From assembly GCA_963674785.1 (NCBI GenBank), contig OY771555.1:1248001-1312000 (forward strand): a stretch of DNA of 64,000 nt, written 5' to 3'. The notes below the pieces were generated by a model, which did no database searches, was not told the DNA's origin, and was given only the letters and a program-made list of their open reading frames with translations. The stretch is from Caldisericia bacterium. GTDB lineage: Bacteria; Caldisericota; Caldisericia; JAAYUI01. The position numbers and the translations under genes are program-made. How positions within the stretch are numbered: position 1 is the stretch's first letter; every line of letters begins with the position of its first letter. Of the stretch, positions 18,834-28,300 are shown piece after piece.

Positions 18834-20295
18834 TACTGTCCTCCGTTGAAGTCATTTCTTCTATTTTATCTCTATCTTCTTTTGAGACATAGTACTTTGT
18901 CTCAGGTTTTACTCCAGTAAGTTTTCTTGCTATCTCCGAAAACTCTGAAATATCTTGAATTTCATCTGATTTATCAAAATTGGGGTCAAACACCAAGATC
19001 AGCTCTTTTACTTTTTTCATCAATTCAAATTTTTTTTCGTCTTCTTTTAGAGCGCACCCGTACTTAATCAATGTCTTTACTTCATTGTATGATTCCTTAT
19101 TGAATTTATAAAGATCTTTCTCTTCGGGGGTGTCTGTAAGAGGTTTGAAACGCGAGAATACTTTTTTAATTTGATTCTCATTGAGATTTTCAAAGGATAT
19201 CTGTTTTAGTAGATCTCGGCTCAAGAATTGATCTGCTTCATCAATCAAGTCTGCAGAACCTTCAATTTTAGAAATAACACTCGAATCGCTTTGATTTAGA
19301 AACCAATTTAGGTCAAAATCCTCATCCTCTTTTTTGATTAACTCAGAATATTTATTCGAATTGTTAGTAGGTTTAAATTCAGGAATTTTCTTTATTATTG
19401 ATTCATAAAGAACTTCTACGCTCCTTGTTGTTTTGTGGTATGCTATGTTTTTGTAGTGAAAAACTCTTGATAAAAGGAACTGTTCAATTGTCGGTATGCA
19501 CTTCTTTTCATATACTATTCTAAGCCGTTCTTCTGGTTTGAGCCCGAATATGCTTAACATAGGTACTGATTTAACCAGCATAGACCTAAACATAAAGTCA
19601 ATATCCACATATACAGGTGTTCCACAAAAGTATGTATCTCTGAGGAGATAATCTAGTCTATCGCAATCTAGTTGAGATTTTATTAATGATGATATTATGT
19701 ATAATTTTGATACTTTGCCATTTTTCTTTGGTTCCTTTGATAGAATCTTGCTATCAAATGGAGTTACTCCTGTGATTAACTCGGAAATGTCATCTTTGAT
19801 TGTGATGGGGTATTCTTTGGATTTAACTCCATCGTCTAAGATTTTTGAAATAGCAGTTTTTTCATTGATCACCTTTGTGGAAGTGTCTTCATGATCAAAT
19901 CCAGGGCAGATTTTGCTAAATGTATGGGAAAAGGGTCCATGACCAATATCATGAAGAAGGCCTGCACATGACATGATATCAATGATTTGTTCCTCATCTT
20001 TGTACTGTTTGTTTTTATCTTGCTCTTTGCTAATAAAGTCGCTTAATTTAATTTGACCTTTCTCGAACAGCTTTCTGACAGCTTTTGAGACTAACCATGC
20101 TACCCCTATGCTGTGAGAAAATCTAGTATGTGTTGCCCCTGGATATGTAAAATCCGAAAATCCTAATTGTTTAATTCTTCTTAATCTCTGGAATTCCTTT
20201 GTATCAATTAGCTTCTTTACAAGACTATCTTTGGGGAAAGTGATCATTCCATGAATTGGGTCTCTAATAGTTAAATCTGAATTATTCTTGCTCAC
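18811..20295 (-). CDS. HD-domain phosphohydrolase (YwfO/SAMHD1-like dNTP triphosphohydrolase family)
   Basis: IRDPIHG, FQRLRRIKQLG, YPGATHTRFSHSIGV, LLHDIGHGPFSH, LDCDRLDYLLRD, YHKT. Confidence 0.92.
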   Translation of the reverse strand: MSKNNSDLTIRDPIHGMITFPKDSLVKKLIDTKEFQRLRRIKQLGFSDFTYPGATHTRFSHSIGVAWLVSKAVRKLFEKGQIKLSDFISKEQDKNKQYKDEEQIIDIMSCAGLLHDIGHGPFSHTFSKICPGFDHEDTSTKVINEKTAISKILDDGVKSKEYPITIKDDISELITGVTPFDSKILSKEPKKNGKVSKLYIISSLIKSQLDCDRLDYLLRDTYFCGTPVYVDIDFMFRSMLVKSVPMLSIFGLKPEERLRIVYEKKCIPTIEQFLLSRVFHYKNIAYHKTTRSVEVLYESIIKKIPEFKPTNNSNKYSELIKKEDEDFDLNWFLNQSDSSVISKIEGSADLIDEADQFLSRDLLKQISFENLNENQIKKVFSRFKPLTDTPEEKDLYKFNKESYNEVKTLIKYGCALKEDEKKFELMKKVKELILVFDPNFDKSDEIQDISEFSEIARKLTGVKPETKYYVSKEDRDKIEEMTSTEDSNGDNANK

Positions 20296-20377
20296 GATAT
20301 TATTATAAATTCTACAAAAAATTAGTCAATCATTAGAAACTTGAAATCCTACACCAAGTGTAGTAGTCTCTTTTTCT

Positions 20378-22039
20378 GTGAAGACCGGAATTAATTTAAA
20401 AAAAGACGAAGTTTCGTATTTAGTAGACATCGTCCTCGCTATAATCTTTGGTCTTGCAGCAGCTATCGCTGTCCGTATATTTGATTGGGTTGTTGATTTT
20501 TCAGAACTATTTAACCCCGAAAAGTTGAACTGGTTTTTTGTGATACTGATTCCAACCGCTGGTGGATTTGTTGTTGGACTTGTTGCTTTTATTTCAAAAA
20601 TGAGGGCAAGCGGGGGAGTTGTCGATGTTATTGCTCATATATTCACAAGAAAACATATCATTTCAAAACCAAAAGCATTACTTAAACCTGTTTTGTCTGC
20701 AGTCTCAATAATATCTGGAAATCCTGTTGGCTCTGAGGCTCCGGTTGTTATGTTGGGTGCTCAGATAGCATCTTTTTCAAGTAACGTCTTTAAGCTTCCA
20801 AGAGCGAGGAAACGAATGCTTATCGCCTGTGGATCAGCAGCAGGTATCGCATCAGCATTCCTCTCCCCTCTTGCGGCAATTGCTTTTGCTCTTGAGATAA
20901 TCCTTATGGAATTTACGATGTATGAGTTTGGAATGTTGGCATTGTCAACTGGCTCTGCATACATCGGTGCAAACTTACTCAAATCTCACCCGATAATAGA
21001 TGTTCCACCTATGGAAGTTTTGCAGTGGACAAACCTGTGGCTCTTTATTCTTCTTGGAATAATATGCGCCATTGTTGCCGTTTTCTGGACAAAAATCCTT
21101 CACTTTTTAGAACATTTCGCAGACAAATATCCAAAGTCAATTTTCTGGGGACCAATAATTGCTGGTTTTTCAGCAGGATTGATCGCGATATTCGTTCCAC
21201 AAATCTGGGGACCTGGTTATCACCAGATGTCTGCTATGTTTGTAACAAAAATGCCATTTTATGCTGCTCTTGGAATTGTATTTGCAAAACTCATTGGAAC
21301 GTCGATGGTTCTTGGTCTTGGTGGTGCCGGAGGTGACCTTGCACCCGGAATGTTTATTGGTGCTGGTATCGGAGTTGCAGTTGGTGCTCTTTACCCACCA
21401 GCTTTACCGATGCTTGTGCTTGCTGGAATATGTGCTCAGCTTGCATCAACAATGCATGCACCACTTTCTGGAATTCTTTTATCCATCGAGTTATCAAGGC
21501 AGGTAACCGAGGTTCTACCAGTGATGGTTGCAGTATCTATTGCATCTCTTCTTGCGCTTCGAATAATGCCTAGGTCAATCTATGCACAGAAGGCTCACAA
21601 GAGCGGAATTATTCAGGATAAAACTCAGTTCCAGGATCCGATGAACACATCTGTTGGTGAGATTATGACGACACACTTGATCACAATTCCATCTATGGAG
21701 CGTGTTGCAAAAGCGATTAAAACCATGCACAAGCACAATCTTTCCGCTTTACCTGTTATGGAGGGAAATCTTCTTCGTGGAATCCTTACACTTCAAGACC
21801 TAAGAAGAAGGGTCGCCCCGGGAGAGCTTGATAAACGTGTTGACCTTGTAACAACTAAGAATCCTATTGTCTGCACCCCAGATATAACAATTAAGGCCGC
21901 GTGGTGTCTTCTTAAAGAAAACCAGATTGGAAGATTGCTTGTTGTCTCCCAAAACGACTCAAAAAAACTTCTTGGTATTGTCACAAAAAAAGACCTTCTT
22001 GAGGCTGCGACAAGAAGGTACTCAAAGCTGAATATTTGA
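20378..22039 (+). CDS. CLC-family anion channel/antiporter with two CBS domains
   Basis: About 11 TM segments; GSEAP (GREGP-like), ACGSAAGIASAF, FALE, IWGPGY, APLSGILLSIE; C-terminal CBS pair (VGEIMT, LPV, LLGIVTKKDLL). Confidence 0.9.
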   Translation: MKTGINLKKDEVSYLVDIVLAIIFGLAAAIAVRIFDWVVDFSELFNPEKLNWFFVILIPTAGGFVVGLVAFISKMRASGGVVDVIAHIFTRKHIISKPKALLKPVLSAVSIISGNPVGSEAPVVMLGAQIASFSSNVFKLPRARKRMLIACGSAAGIASAFLSPLAAIAFALEIILMEFTMYEFGMLALSTGSAYIGANLLKSHPIIDVPPMEVLQWTNLWLFILLGIICAIVAVFWTKILHFLEHFADKYPKSIFWGPIIAGFSAGLIAIFVPQIWGPGYHQMSAMFVTKMPFYAALGIVFAKLIGTSMVLGLGGAGGDLAPGMFIGAGIGVAVGALYPPALPMLVLAGICAQLASTMHAPLSGILLSIELSRQVTEVLPVMVAVSIASLLALRIMPRSIYAQKAHKSGIIQDKTQFQDPMNTSVGEIMTTHLITIPSMERVAKAIKTMHKHNLSALPVMEGNLLRGILTLQDLRRRVAPGELDKRVDLVTTKNPIVCTPDITIKAAWCLLKENQIGRLLVVSQNDSKKLLGIVTKKDLLEAATRRYSKLNI

Positions 22040-22042
22040 TCG

Positions 22043-22639
22043 CTATTCTTTCAAGTAGTTGGAAAGATCAAAAGACTCAAAAACCTCAATTGCTTCATTG
22101 TATCTCTCTGCATACCTATCAGGATCAATCATATATATGTCTGTGAAAACAGATGTAATATACTCAAAGAAGTTTGGTATTGGTCTTATAGTTTCATCGG
22201 AGAACATTCTTTTGATAATTTCTCCGGGAGGTGTTTCCATGGCTTTGACAATATCTTTATATAAAAATGTTATTAGTAAATATTCATTTTCATCAGAATT
22301 TGGAGAAATTCGTTTGGCATTTTCTTGTTTAATGGCAAGATTTTCTTCAATATCCATCAAATGTTCATAGATAATGTTAAAGAGAATGTCTCTTTGTCCC
22401 ACAGAAATAGATTCGATAGTGCTTTCAGCGATTCTACACTCCTTTTCATTCAAGTCGTAGAATTTCTTATAGCTATCAAAATAATCAGTTCTGAATTCTT
22501 TTTTCGATGAGGAAGAATGATTATATCTGATGCCAACATGATAATTGTGGATATTTACAATTCCATTACCAATAAAACTCAAAGCAACAAAAACAATCAC
22601 AAGAGTTATTAGTCCATTGAAGTTTTTATTCCACTTCAT
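22043..22639 (-). CDS. hypothetical membrane-anchored protein
   Basis: N-terminal TM after ATG 22639 with GGAGG SD; overlaps the upstream gene end. Confidence 0.65.
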   Translation of the reverse strand: MKWNKNFNGLITLVIVFVALSFIGNGIVNIHNYHVGIRYNHSSSSKKEFRTDYFDSYKKFYDLNEKECRIAESTIESISVGQRDILFNIIYEHLMDIEENLAIKQENAKRISPNSDENEYLLITFLYKDIVKAMETPPGEIIKRMFSDETIRPIPNFFEYITSVFTDIYMIDPDRYAERYNEAIEVFESFDLSNYLKE

Positions 22640-23240
22640 CAGAAATCCTCCACTGTTCTTCCATAAACTCATCACCAAAGAAGATTTCTGGTTTTTGGAG
22701 TCTTTCAAGAGTGTTTCTTGACATGTTGACTAATTCATCATCGAGTGTGGATTGTTCAATCTGTTCCCGGATAAGCTCTGATACAAGATCAAACCCTTGA
22801 AATATATCCTTTGTTTTTGAGTAATCTTCCATGAACTTATGATATTCAGCTGGAATTACTGGGAAGGGATATTTGACAATATTCCATATGAATCTTTGGT
22901 AATATAAGTAGCTTCTAGTCTTTGAATTGTAACTGATTTCACTATTAAGCAATGCTTCAATTGCAACAAGATTATTAGTTATTATCCTTTTCTTTTCGCT
23001 ATTGGTGAATTTCACAAATGGTTTTGATGGTTGTTCTTGAAGGTAAACCATTATTGAATCTGCACATTCTCTTTGTGATGCTTTAAAATCAATTTTTTTC
23101 AGGGTATTTGAGTATGATTCCACACTTGATTGATGAATGGATACGTATGCAAACGATAACCCATAAAAAACGATTGAAACCAGTAGTACTATGCTACTGG
23201 TTTTTATAAAATTGTTTTTGAAAAATTCTCGAAGTTTCAT
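22626..23240 (-). CDS. hypothetical membrane-anchored protein
   Basis: N-terminal TM; promoter TTGCAA-16-TACTAT ends 6 nt before the ATG. Confidence 0.65.
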   Translation of the reverse strand: MKLREFFKNNFIKTSSIVLLVSIVFYGLSFAYVSIHQSSVESYSNTLKKIDFKASQRECADSIMVYLQEQPSKPFVKFTNSEKKRIITNNLVAIEALLNSEISYNSKTRSYLYYQRFIWNIVKYPFPVIPAEYHKFMEDYSKTKDIFQGFDLVSELIREQIEQSTLDDELVNMSRNTLERLQKPEIFFGDEFMEEQWRISDEVE

Positions 23241-23289
23241 ATGGACATAGTATTCATTATATCGAGGTTTGCAATGTTTTGAGTCATAC

Positions 23290-24864
23290 CTATTTTGAAT
23301 ATCTCAATACAATCTCCTTAGTGTCTGGTACCCATTCAACCTCACAACCAAGACTTTCAGCTAGAAATCTCATTGGAACCATTGTTCTACCGTCGATTAT
23401 GGTTGGAATAACTTCTGGATTGTCAGGGTCAATTTGAGTTTCAACCCCATCAATTCTAGCAGTTGGTTTTCCAATCCAAAGCTCAATGGTTTTATCACCA
23501 AGCGTGCAGATAACCTTTCTTTCCGTTCCATCCCAGGAAACGCTTCCGCCTAGTGGCTCTGTTACATATCTTGCAGACAAAAGGGTGCGGTCGTTTACTA
23601 TTGCGGGGGCAATATCTGAGTCATGTTCGATATTATCAACAGAGTAGCTTTTTTTATCAATCTTGTACTTGACCACTATTGTCCCAGCTTTTCCAAAACA
23701 AGTCAGTATTCCATTAGCATTATCGTAATGAAAAAGTTTCCTGTTCGCTATTTCAATATCAATAAAAAAGGAGTATGGTTTTTTCTCATCGAAGGAATTC
23801 AAAACTGAACCTGTATTGGCATCAAGAATATAAAAAACCTTTCCATTCGAAAAAAAGAGGTTTTCATTATCTGATACAACGCCATTTAAGAAACCATCAT
23901 TTTTATGTTTCCATTTAAGTTTTCCGTTTTTTGGATTATAACAATATAGGGTTTGTGAGGCAGTGATATAAAGATTATTTTCGTCAACTGTTATTTCTGG
24001 ATAACCCAAACTATCATACCAAATTGAATCTTCCCAGACGACTTTCCCATCATTTATTGAGATACACACTAATTTTGCATCACCAGATGCAGGATGTTTG
24101 TAGTACGCTCCAAAACAAAATTGCTCATTTGAAGACAAGACACTATAGCCCCTGTCTTCAAAATCTATTTCCCACTGTTTGGAGAATTTGGTGATATCAG
24201 AGCAGACAAGTTTAGTGTTGAGCTGAAAAATCAATTTATTATTTGATATAATTGGAAAACCGACAAATTCTCCCTCTATATAAGTCGTTTTATCATCTGA
24301 TTTCAAATCTACTTTTTCCATCTTTTTCCAATCAATTGATTGATAAAAACTATTGTTTTTAAATGTACACAAAGAAATTCCATCTTTTGTTCGAGGATCT
24401 TTTCTTGACCATATCTTTTCTAGAGAATTAACATCAAAACTAGAAGTGATTCTGTAGTTTTCTGAAAGACCGTACACGATTAACTGATCGTTATGGATGC
24501 CATATAAACAGGTATTTTTGAGTTTTTTTCCTTCTTCAAAAACTTCAAAATCCATCAATATTTCACCATTATTAGAATCAATTAACAAAATTGAATCATT
24601 TGAGTTAGCTACATAAACTATATCGTCATGACAAAAAAAGGCTAAACCTTCATCTCCTTCACTCAGGTGACTCCCTGGAGCTTCCGTTTCCCAAATCCTT
24701 TTAAGATATCTTCCCGGAGAACATTCTCGAGGTACCGAATTAGAAAATGTTGAATCATAATCTTCATGGCACCAGTTGCAATTATTATTTTCGGCAATGA
24801 TGTTATGCGGAACAATGCAGAGTATTACAAGCGATACTGAAAGTATAAGTGATATATATTTCAT
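23290..24864 (-). CDS. secreted PQQ-like beta-propeller protein with C-terminal stalk domain
   Basis: Signal peptide, W/G..W propeller repeats (NDGKVVW, KNGKLKW), stalk repeats RTLLSARYVTEPLGG and RTMVPMRFLAESLG. Confidence 0.85.
   Translation of the reverse strand: MKYISLILSVSLVILCIVPHNIIAENNNCNWCHEDYDSTFSNSVPRECSPGRYLKRIWETEAPGSHLSEGDEGLAFFCHDDIVYVANSNDSILLIDSNNGEILMDFEVFEEGKKLKNTCLYGIHNDQLIVYGLSENYRITSSFDVNSLEKIWSRKDPRTKDGISLCTFKNNSFYQSIDWKKMEKVDLKSDDKTTYIEGEFVGFPIISNNKLIFQLNTKLVCSDITKFSKQWEIDFEDRGYSVLSSNEQFCFGAYYKHPASGDAKLVCISINDGKVVWEDSIWYDSLGYPEITVDENNLYITASQTLYCYNPKNGKLKWKHKNDGFLNGVVSDNENLFFSNGKVFYILDANTGSVLNSFDEKKPYSFFIDIEIANRKLFHYDNANGILTCFGKAGTIVVKYKIDKKSYSVDNIEHDSDIAPAIVNDRTLLSARYVTEPLGGSVSWDGTERKVICTLGDKTIELWIGKPTARIDGVETQIDPDNPEVIPTIIDGRTMVPMRFLAESLGCEVEWVPDTKEIVLRYSK
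23342..23576. repeat. 235-bp near-identical stalk-domain block, copy 1 (copy 2 at 25361-25595)
   Basis: By-eye alignment gives 10 mismatches and no indels. Confidence 0.9.
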
Positions 24865-24889
24865 AATCTATTTCCTTTGGGTTCCATGA

Positions 24890-25189
24890 TTATGGCGTCC
24901 CTCCATAATAAATGCACTCCCATCTCCAATAATTAGGCGAATCTTTTGGGTTGTCTGGATCTCCATAATAAAACCATATTTTATAACCATCCGTTCCTAG
25001 ACCTATAGCTTCCAAACAGTTATAAGATCCCTGATTTGCTCTCTCAAAAACTGTAACTGCGTAACCCGGTTTATAGTTTCCATCCATCTTCCAGGAGAAT
25101 GTGGTATCATCTGCGCCCAAGAATATCTTAGTAACTGGGGTTACTGAGCCGTTTGTTACCTTAATGACGTTACGAGTAGTAGGTACCAT
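24890..25189 (-). CDS. hypothetical protein or gene remnant (99 aa)
   Basis: Protein-like composition but no SD, and an in-frame TAG lies immediately before the ATG. Confidence 0.4.
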   Translation of the reverse strand: MVPTTRNVIKVTNGSVTPVTKIFLGADDTTFSWKMDGNYKPGYAVTVFERANQGSYNCLEAIGLGTDGYKIWFYYGDPDNPKDSPNYWRWECIYYGGTP

Positions 25190-25308
25190 CTAATGTTTCT
25201 TCTTCATCATAGTTCATACCTTACCCTTACCCATTCAAAGGGTAATTGTCCAGGAATGAGGGATAAAACAATGCCCTCCTTGAATACTTCTTTCACAAGT
25301 ATTTTATA

Positions 25309-28300
25309 TTATGGTGAATGTGTAAGAATGATCTCTTTCGTCTCCGCAATCCACTCAACTTCACAACCAAGACTTTCAGCTAGAAATCTCATTGGTACCA
25401 TTGTTCGACCGTCGATTATGGTTGGAACAACTTCTGGATTGTTAGGGTCAATTTGAGTTTCAACCCCATCAATTCTAGCAGTTGGTTTTCCAATCCAAAG
25501 CTCAATGGTTTTATCACCTAGTGTACAGATAACCTTTCTTTCTGTTCCATCCCAGGAAACGTTTCCGCCTAGTGGCTCCGTTACATATCTTGCAGGAAGC
25601 AGAGTTCTTCCACCAATTACCTGCGGGACAACGTCCATTTTTTGTGCACTTTCATCAATATAGTATGTATCTGATCCAAGCTGATATTTGACGCTTATTG
25701 TGGTTGGTTCTTCCGTTATAATATCATCTTCGTTCTTGCCACCATTTGAAGGTGGTGGGGCTGGTTTGTCTCTGTAGGTTTTGTAACAGAAAAGATCTTT
25801 TCCAACTGTTGTGTATATTGCTCCATCTGCAATGGCAATTTTATTTGCAGCGAGATTTGTTTCGATTATCTCTGGTTTTTCTCCGTGTATATCAATTATC
25901 TGAAGCATGCTTCCTTTGGAGAGGAATACATAACCTCCATGAACTGCAAACCCATTTCCGAGGTCGTATTCATCTCTGACTCTCCATTTCAGTTCACTAG
26001 TGTTTGCATCTACTGCAAATATCTGATTGCTTGAAAGGATTATGAGGTCACCTTTATAATAGTGCAGGAAATCGTCTGGGACAGTTGTGTTTTTTTCCAT
26101 CCTGTAGTGCCATTTGAGTTCACCGGAAACAGCTTTATAGCAGTACATCCTTCGCCCCTTGGCTCTTGCAAAAACCTTTTCATCATAAACTATGGGTTGG
26201 CCGAACGAGATATTCTCCGGAGTGATCCACATTAACTCTCCAGTATAGAGCGACAAGCAAAGTATTCTGTTGTCTTTATCAAGTGTGTAAATCATTCCAT
26301 TTTGAGAAACCGGTTGGATTTCGGGATTAACATCATCTCTTCTCCAAAGTACGTCACCAGTAATTGGGTCTATGCAATGGAGTCTGTTGATTGCAAGCAT
26401 TGTAGATACATATTTTGAAACAAATAGAACCCTATTTTTTGCAACAAATGGTGATGTTATGAATTTTGGATGATAGTGGTAACCAAATTTCCAGGTTTCT
26501 GAGCCGTCTTTTCTTGAAATTGAGTGGAACATCCCGTCATTGCCGCCTGTATAGACAGCATTATTTGAAAGAGCAAGTTCGCTCAGTTCTGTACCTTCTA
26601 TTTCGCTGCTATATTTGACTTCTCCATTTTCACTGTCGATTGCAAGCAACATACTTTTGTCTAATCGTGTTATTTTTGATGTGATATATGCAGTGCCATT
26701 TGCAACAACTGGTTGGGTGGGGACAAATGAGTTTTCAAGTTTCCAGTAGAGTTCTAGATTTGAAATATCAATTTCGCAATCTGATTCCTCTCGAAGATAA
26801 TCTTCTTTTATGAATCCCCTGGCCATATACCAACCACAAGGATCATTGTCCTCAAATATCTCTTCCTCCGGTAGTTCTGATGGCGGGTTTGGATCGGTTG
26901 GTGGAAGTGGCTCTGGGTCAGGGTCAGGAACAGGATCAAATATCCAATCATCTTCTGATCTTGGTGAAAGAGCATAGCAGTAAAGACAGTTTTCTCCCTG
27001 GATATAAAAAACCTTACCGTCAATTACACTGTAATACTTGTCGTCATCAATTAACATCCTCGTTGCTGGTTCATGAACAAGGAACATCCAAAGCGTTTTT
27101 CCAGTTTCCGGTTCAACTGCGATGACATAACTTTTCTCACCTTTTGTGCCTGTAAAATAGTAAGTGTCACCAGATAGTTGTTTGAATCTATAACCTTTAC
27201 GGATGTTAAATTTACCCTTCTCGATCCTCCATCTTTCTTCCTTTGTTTCCAAATCAATCCCAACAATATCAACAAATTCTGAGTTCTCTTGAAACTCCTC
27301 AAAGATAAGTGTGTTGTTGTATCTTGCCAGAGAATCCACGTACCCCTTTGAATCAAAACTCCATAATAGATCTCCAGTGTATCTATTTACACAATTGATA
27401 ATATCAATTTTATGTCCCTTGGATGCTACAAGAAGTTTGTTGTCCCAAATTGTTGGATTTCCTGAAACATTATGTGAAAGAGAATCAAATCTCCATATTG
27501 GTTTTCCGGTAAGCTTATCAGTGCAATTGAGCTCAGTACTTACCCAGTACAGGTAGTCTCCTCCATATGCTCCTAGAAAGTTGGGGTAATCAAATGGATA
27601 ATCAAGTTTTGTACTCCATCTGACGTTGCCATCAGTCGAGTTTAGGCAAAAAAGTTCACCATTACAGTTACCGAGGTAGACTCCACCATCATATTCTTGA
27701 ATGTGAACAGGACAGTTGGGTGTTCTGTATCCATGGACCTGGTCTTTGCTCATCCAATCTCTTGTTTGAGTTCTTACATCATACTTCCAAATTGTTTGAT
27801 AGGAATTGTGATCACCAAGAGCAGCACAGTAAAGCTTTCCTCTATTTGAATAGTATTGATATCCATATGTGTCTTCAAGATCAAGCCCTATGTAGACTAC
27901 TTTTTCCCAGAGTTCTTTCCCAGTTTTTTTATCTAAGTAGTTAAGAAAAACGTTTGCATGCCTATTCTGTGGGTCTGGAACTTGTTTATATTCAACAAAG
28001 ACATTGCCGTAATATGTTGCTACTGCCTTATAGTTGCATCTCCTCCAGACAAGGTTGATATTGCTTCCGTGCATTGTTATTTCATCACCCTCCATTGGGG
28101 GATCAGGTTCTGGCACAGGCTCTTTCCCTGGTTTTGCCTTGGCTGAAAGACAATAAATTTCTCCATCGAAACTATTAACAAAGATTTTTCCGTATCCGAT
28201 AGATGGTGTGGATCGGAATGTTTTCTCGAGATTCTTCTCGAGCAAAATATTTCCTTTGTTTGCTAGATCTAGTACGAATAGCTTGCCCTTATCATTAATA

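Noticed and set aside
20378-22039. Fluoride exporter CLC-F with a fluoride riboswitch
   Set aside because: It lacks the GNNLI/GREGT/GEVTP motifs, and the short upstream gap has no riboswitch-like sequence.
23342-25595. Stalk-domain repeat pair as a DGR template/variable repeat
   Set aside because: Mismatches are mostly synonymous and not adenine-specific, both copies are coding, and no reverse transcriptase is present in the window.
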